From the NCBI GenBank assembly GCA_050298595.1, contig JBNKUM010000003.1, forward strand, positions 1 to 34,438: a stretch of 34,438 nucleotides of DNA, read 5' to 3'. Each line of letters starts with the position of its first letter. Within the stretch, counting starts at the first letter, position 1. Positions 29,974-34,438 of this stretch are shown here, one piece after another. The translations under genes were made by a program, and so were the position numbers. The DNA comes from Gammaproteobacteria bacterium. Lineage in GTDB: Bacteria; Pseudomonadota; Gammaproteobacteria; GCA-001735895. The notes under the pieces are model-generated. The model ran no database searches and had not been told where the DNA came from. It saw only the letters and a program-made list of their open reading frames with translations.

Positions 29974-31254
29974 ATGAGTGATGATAAGTCAAAAAGTAAA
30001 GATGAAAAATTGCTTTACTGTTCGTTTTGCGGCAAAAGTCAGCACGAAGTAAAAAAACTGATAGCAGGTCCGTCAGTCTTTATATGTGATGAATGTGTCG
30101 ATTTATGCAATGACATAATTCGTGAAGAAATTCAGGAACAAAAAGAGTCTGGAAGCAGTAAACTGCCCATTCCTAGCGAAATTTTTAAAGTCCTCGATGA
30201 TTATGTGATCGGTCAGTCACGTGCTAAGAAAGTACTGTCAGTAGCTGTTTATAATCATTACAAACGTCTTGAAGTGGGTCATATCAAAGATGATATCGAG
30301 CTCTCAAAATCTAATATTTTGTTGATAGGGCCAACCGGCTCAGGTAAAACTCTGCTGGCAGAGACTCTGGCTCGGTTGCTCAATGTACCTTTCACCATTG
30401 CGGATGCTACTACACTGACTGAAGCAGGATATGTTGGTGAGGACGTAGAAAATATTATCCAGAAACTGTTACAGAAATGTGACTATGATGTTGAAAAAGC
30501 TCAAACGGGCATAGTTTATATCGATGAAATCGATAAGATCTCAAAAAAATCGGATAATCCATCAATAACTCGTGACGTTTCGGGAGAAGGGGTGCAACAG
30601 GCACTGCTGAAGCTGATTGAAGGCACCATCGCTTCGGTTCCTCCTCAGGGCGGGCGTAAACATCCTCAGCAGGAATTCCTGCAGGTAGATACCAGTAAAA
30701 TCCTGTTCGTCTGTGGTGGTGCTTTTTCGGGACTGGATAAAGTCATTAAAGACCGCTCAGAAAAGGGTGGTATAGGTTTTTCAGCCGATCTAAAAACTAA
30801 AGATGAAAGCAGGCAGTTTGGTGAAGTTATTGCTGATGTGGAACCAGAAGATTTGATCAAATACGGTCTGATTCCGGAATTTATCGGACGTCTACCCGTT
30901 GTTGCCACACTGGAAGAACTGGATGAAGAAGCACTAATCAGAATTTTGACCGAGCCGAAAAATGCGATCACCAAACAGTATCAAAAAATGTTTGAAATTG
31001 AAGGCTGTGACATCGAATTTAGAAAAGATTCATTGAGTGCAGTTGCCAAAAAAGCGATGCTTAGAAAAACGGGTGCTCGTGGTCTAAGAACTATTCTGGA
31101 GAATACCCTGCTAGATATTATGTACGACCTCCCTTCGATGGAAAATGTGAGTAAGGTTGTAGTAGATGCAGCAGTAATTGAAGGTGATGCTCAACCTTAT
31201 ATCTTATATGAGGGTGGTGAAATGCAAAGAGCTGCATCTGGATTAGGTGATTAA
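29974..31254 (+). CDS. clpX: ATP-dependent Clp protease ATP-binding subunit
   Basis: CSFC...CDEC zinc-binding domain, GPTGSGKT Walker A, RKH and IGF loops. Confidence 0.98.
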   Translation: MSDDKSKSKDEKLLYCSFCGKSQHEVKKLIAGPSVFICDECVDLCNDIIREEIQEQKESGSSKLPIPSEIFKVLDDYVIGQSRAKKVLSVAVYNHYKRLEVGHIKDDIELSKSNILLIGPTGSGKTLLAETLARLLNVPFTIADATTLTEAGYVGEDVENIIQKLLQKCDYDVEKAQTGIVYIDEIDKISKKSDNPSITRDVSGEGVQQALLKLIEGTIASVPPQGGRKHPQQEFLQVDTSKILFVCGGAFSGLDKVIKDRSEKGGIGFSADLKTKDESRQFGEVIADVEPEDLIKYGLIPEFIGRLPVVATLEELDEEALIRILTEPKNAITKQYQKMFEIEGCDIEFRKDSLSAVAKKAMLRKTGARGLRTILENTLLDIMYDLPSMENVSKVVVDAAVIEGDAQPYILYEGGEMQRAASGLGD

Positions 31255-31283
31255 CACACTTCCCTGATCTATCGGAAGATGGG

Positions 31284-31310
31284 TTGAAATCCTTGCTTTC
31301 ATACCCATCT
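31284..31310 (+). promoter_or_regulatory. Sigma32 (RpoH)-type promoter of lon
   Basis: TTGAAA (31284-31289), 13-nt spacer, ACCCATCT (31303-31310); matches the TTGAAA-N13/14-CCCCATNT consensus. Confidence 0.75.
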
Positions 31311-31341
31311 AATCCTGTAATTCAAGAATACAGAGGCAATT

Positions 31342-33780
31342 ATGTCTGATCAGGAAAACACACCGCTACTTAGCGAAAACAGTCCCCAACTGGTACCGGT
31401 ACTGCCGTTACGTGATGTAGTGGTTTATCCTCATATGGTGATCCCTCTTTTTGTTGGACGAGAAAAGTCCATCGAAGCGCTGGATGCGGCCATGCAACAC
31501 AACAAAAAAATATTGCTTCTGGCCCAGAAAAACGCAGAAGTGGATGATCCTGCTCAGGAAGATCTCTACAGTATTGGTACATTGTCTACCATTTTACAAA
31601 TGCTTAAACTCCCTGATGGAACGATCAAAGTTCTGGTTGAGGGAGGCGAACGGGTAGTTGTCGACAGCCTGCTAGAAACTAATAACTACTTTTCTGCTTC
31701 GGTTGTGGATCTTGAAAAAACACCCCCCATTGATGAAAAAGAAGCTGAGGTATTATTACGTTCGGTACTTAATCTGTTTGATCAATATGTCAAACTAAAT
31801 AAGAAAGTGCCTCCAGAAATTCTTACATCACTTTCCGGTATTGATGATCCAAGCCGACTGGCTGATACCATATCAGCACACATGTCATTGAAGCTTGATG
31901 AAAAACAGGAGATCCTCGAAATCAGGGATCCACGGATTCGTCTTGAGCACATTATGAGTAAGATCGAAGGTGAAATCGATTTGATGCATATTGAAAAGCG
32001 CATACGTGGTCGTGTTAAGCAGCAAATGGAAAAAAGCCAGCGCGAGTATTATCTGAATGAACAGATGAAAGCCATCCAGAAAGAGCTGGGTGATATGGAT
32101 GACGCGCCAAACGAAGTTGAAGACTTACAGAATAAAATAGAACAATCAGGGATGAGCAAAGAGGCTCGAGAAAAAGCAGATTCAGAATTGAATAAGCTGA
32201 AAATGATGTCTCCCATGTCAGCTGAGGCCACGGTAGTACGTAACTATATTGACTGGTTGGTGAGTGTTCCGTGGAAGAAAAAATCTAAAATACGTCGCGA
32301 TCTATCGGCTGCAGAAAACGTGCTGGAAGAAGATCACTATGGTCTGGAAAAGGTAAAAGAACGCATTCTTGAATATCTCGCGGTACAGCAGAGAGTACAA
32401 AAGTTAAAAGGTCCTATACTGTGTCTGGTAGGCCCTCCAGGTGTTGGTAAAACCTCATTAGGACGTTCCATAGCGCGTGCTACTAATAGAAAATTTGTAC
32501 GTATGTCTCTGGGTGGCGTACGTGATGAATCTGAAATCCGTGGCCATCGTAGAACCTATATTGGATCTATGCCGGGTAAAATCGTACAGAATTTGTCCAA
32601 GATCAAAGTCAGAAACCCATTGTTCCTGCTTGATGAAATCGACAAAATGGCGATGGATTTTCGCGGTGACCCTGCTTCAGCATTGCTGGAAGTGCTTGAT
32701 CCTGAACAAAATAGCACCTTTAATGATCATTATATGGAGGTAGATTTCGATCTATCTGATGTCATGTTTGTCGCGACCTCAAACTCGATGAATATCCCCG
32801 GTCCTTTACTGGATCGGATGGAAGTTATTCGCATTCCAGGTTACACCGAGGATGAGAAATTAAATATCGCAATGAAGTATCTGACACCAAAACAGATTAA
32901 AGAAAATGGACTCAAAGATGCAGAAATTGCTATTACAGAAACTGCAGTAAGAGAAATTATTCAGCGTTATACGCGTGAAGCCGGTGTTCGTAGTCTGGAG
33001 CGCGAAATTTCAAAAATTTGCCGCAAGGTAGTGAAAGATATCTTACTTAAACCGGCAGGTAAAAAAATAACCGTAAGTTCACGTAATATTGAAAAATATC
33101 TTGGTGTAAAACGTTTCCGTTTTGGTTCCGCTGAAGAGAAGGACCAGGTTGGTCAGGTTACCGGCCTCGCCTGGACCGAAGTGGGTGGTGAGTTATTAAC
33201 CATTGAGTCAGCTATTGTGCCAGGAAAAGGAAAGTTTACTTACACTGGTCAATTAGGCGATGTCATGAAAGAATCGATTCAGGCCGCATTAACTGTAGTT
33301 CGCAGTCGTGCAAATGTGCTTGGCATTGCTTCTGATTTCAATGAAAAGCAGGATATTCATATTCATGTTCCTGAGGGAGCTACGCCCAAAGATGGTCCAA
33401 GTGCAGGTATAGCGATGTGTACTGCACTGGTTTCAGCCCTGACAAATATCCCGGTTAAAGCTGAAGTCGCTATGACAGGTGAAATCACCTTACGAGGTGA
33501 AGTATTACCTATTGGTGGGCTAAAAGAAAAATTGTTAGCGGCACACCGAGGTGGTATTACCACTGCAATTATTCCTGCAGAAAATGAAAAAGATTTGACC
33601 GAAATTCCGAAGAATATCAAGGACAAATTAACGGTAATTCCTGTGCGCTGGATTGATCAGGTACTTGAACTGGCCTTAGTACACCAGCCTACACCAGTAC
33701 AGATACCGCCGGGTGAGCCGGCTGTTGAGAGCAAAGTCAAGGCTAAAACCAAGAAATCATCGGCTGTTCGCGCACATTAA
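31342..33780 (+). CDS. lon: Lon protease (endopeptidase La)
   Basis: [26 protein letters not shown] (catalytic Ser) and IGGLKEK (Lys). Confidence 0.98.
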   Translation: MSDQENTPLLSENSPQLVPVLPLRDVVVYPHMVIPLFVGREKSIEALDAAMQHNKKILLLAQKNAEVDDPAQEDLYSIGTLSTILQMLKLPDGTIKVLVEGGERVVVDSLLETNNYFSASVVDLEKTPPIDEKEAEVLLRSVLNLFDQYVKLNKKVPPEILTSLSGIDDPSRLADTISAHMSLKLDEKQEILEIRDPRIRLEHIMSKIEGEIDLMHIEKRIRGRVKQQMEKSQREYYLNEQMKAIQKELGDMDDAPNEVEDLQNKIEQSGMSKEAREKADSELNKLKMMSPMSAEATVVRNYIDWLVSVPWKKKSKIRRDLSAAENVLEEDHYGLEKVKERILEYLAVQQRVQKLKGPILCLVGPPGVGKTSLGRSIARATNRKFVRMSLGGVRDESEIRGHRRTYIGSMPGKIVQNLSKIKVRNPLFLLDEIDKMAMDFRGDPASALLEVLDPEQNSTFNDHYMEVDFDLSDVMFVATSNSMNIPGPLLDRMEVIRIPGYTEDEKLNIAMKYLTPKQIKENGLKDAEIAITETAVREIIQRYTREAGVRSLEREISKICRKVVKDILLKPAGKKITVSSRNIEKYLGVKRFRFGSAEEKDQVGQVTGLAWTEVGGELLTIESAIVPGKGKFTYTGQLGDVMKESIQAALTVVRSRANVLGIASDFNEKQDIHIHVPEGATPKDGPSAGIAMCTALVSALTNIPVKAEVAMTGEITLRGEVLPIGGLKEKLLAAHRGGITTAIIPAENEKDLTEIPKNIKDKLTVIPVRWIDQVLELALVHQPTPVQIPPGEPAVESKVKAKTKKSSAVRAH

Positions 33781-33843
33781 TGTTGTTCATTTGATCAATG
33801 TTTAAGACGCAGTTACTTTTATTGCTGATTTTGCTATTTTCGG

Positions 33844-33874
33844 TTGACCCTGCCCTCTGCTATTGGTATAAATT
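33844..33874 (+). promoter_or_regulatory. Candidate sigma70 promoter for hupB-tRNA
   Basis: TTGACC (33844-33849), 17 nt including TG, TATAAA(TT) (33867-33874). Confidence 0.55.
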
Positions 33875-34012
33875 CGCAGCTCGAGGACAGGGTGTGTTTA
33901 GAAGGATTCATAATCGTACTTCGATTATTCAAAAATGGGTAAAACCAGACATCCTCATGACTCTATAAATTTACATGCAATATAAATCTTAATTAACTAC
34001 TGGATAAAACGA

Positions 34013-34285
34013 ATGAATAAATCTGAACTTATTGAAGCAGTGGCTAGCGCCGCAGACCTAAGTAAAGCAGACTCTGCTCGTGCTGTTGACGGCGTCATTG
34101 CCGCCGTTACTGAAGCTCTTAAATCTGGTGATCAGGTTACCGTTGTTGGCTTTGGCACCTTTTTGGTGCGTAAGCGTGAAGCACGCTCAGGCCGTAATCC
34201 ACGTACTGGTGAAACTATTCAAATTGCCTCTTCAAATGTTCCCGCATTTAAAGCTGGTAAAGCCCTGAAAGACGCTGTAAACTAG
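34013..34285 (+). CDS. hupB: DNA-binding protein HU (beta)
   Basis: [24 protein letters not shown] and [12 protein letters not shown]; follows lon. Confidence 0.95.
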   Translation: MNKSELIEAVASAADLSKADSARAVDGVIAAVTEALKSGDQVTVVGFGTFLVRKREARSGRNPRTGETIQIASSNVPAFKAGKALKDAVN

Positions 34286-34301
34286 CGCGCCTTCGATACT
34301 C

Positions 34302-34377
34302 GGGTGCTTAGCTCAGCTGGGAGAGCATCGCCCTTACAAGGCGAGGGTCGCAGGTTCGATCCCTGCAGCACCCACCA
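34302..34377 (+). tRNA. tRNA-Val(TAC)
   Basis: GGGTGCT/AGCACCC acceptor stem, TCGCC-CTTACAA-GGCGA anticodon arm, CCA. Confidence 0.97.
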
Positions 34378-34388
34378 GTTTCAAATTA

Positions 34389-34438
34389 GGAGTGGTAGTT
34401 CAGTTGGTTAGAATACCGGCCTGTCACGCCGGGGGTCG
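34389..34438 (+). tRNA. tRNA-Asp(GTC), truncated by the window end
   Basis: GGAGTGGTAGTTCAGTTGGTTAGAATA, then CCGGC-CTGTCAC-GCCGG anticodon arm. Confidence 0.92.

Noticed and set aside
1-34438. A novel multi-gene system, island, prophage, CRISPR array or defence locus
   Set aside because: Nearly all genes are recognisable housekeeping genes in conserved order. I saw no integrase, transposase, repeat-spacer array or duplicated tRNA 3' end (att site).

Overview
This is a core-genome window from a gammaproteobacterium (inferred from gene order and protein sequences). Left part: MFS transporter, DUF2914-like protein and a LysR regulator divergent from a long + strand run leuC-(entericidin-like lipoprotein)-leuD-leuB-asd-usg-fimV-truA-trpF-trpB-trpA-accD-(small membrane protein)-folC-dedD-cvpA-purF-(L,D-transpeptidase)-(YqhA)-metZ-(DUF455)-(exported hypothetical). 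Right part: lpxH-ppiB on the minus strand, cysS, a Pro-Arg-His-Leu tRNA cluster, tig-clpP-clpX-lon-hupB, tRNA-Val and a truncated tRNA-Asp. I found no mobile element, CRISPR array, prophage or defence system, and no convincing new multi-gene system. The most interesting signals are small-scale: a SAM-II riboswitch before metZ with a possible two-start or relay expression platform; a ppiB gene that may encode both a membrane-anchored and a cytoplasmic isoform; a perfect terminator-like hairpin inside lpxH; a palindromic sigma32-type promoter before lon; a 42-aa lipoprotein missed by the ORF track; and a strongly degenerate Asd-like (Usg) protein. All assignments come from reading the sequence, with no database searches.
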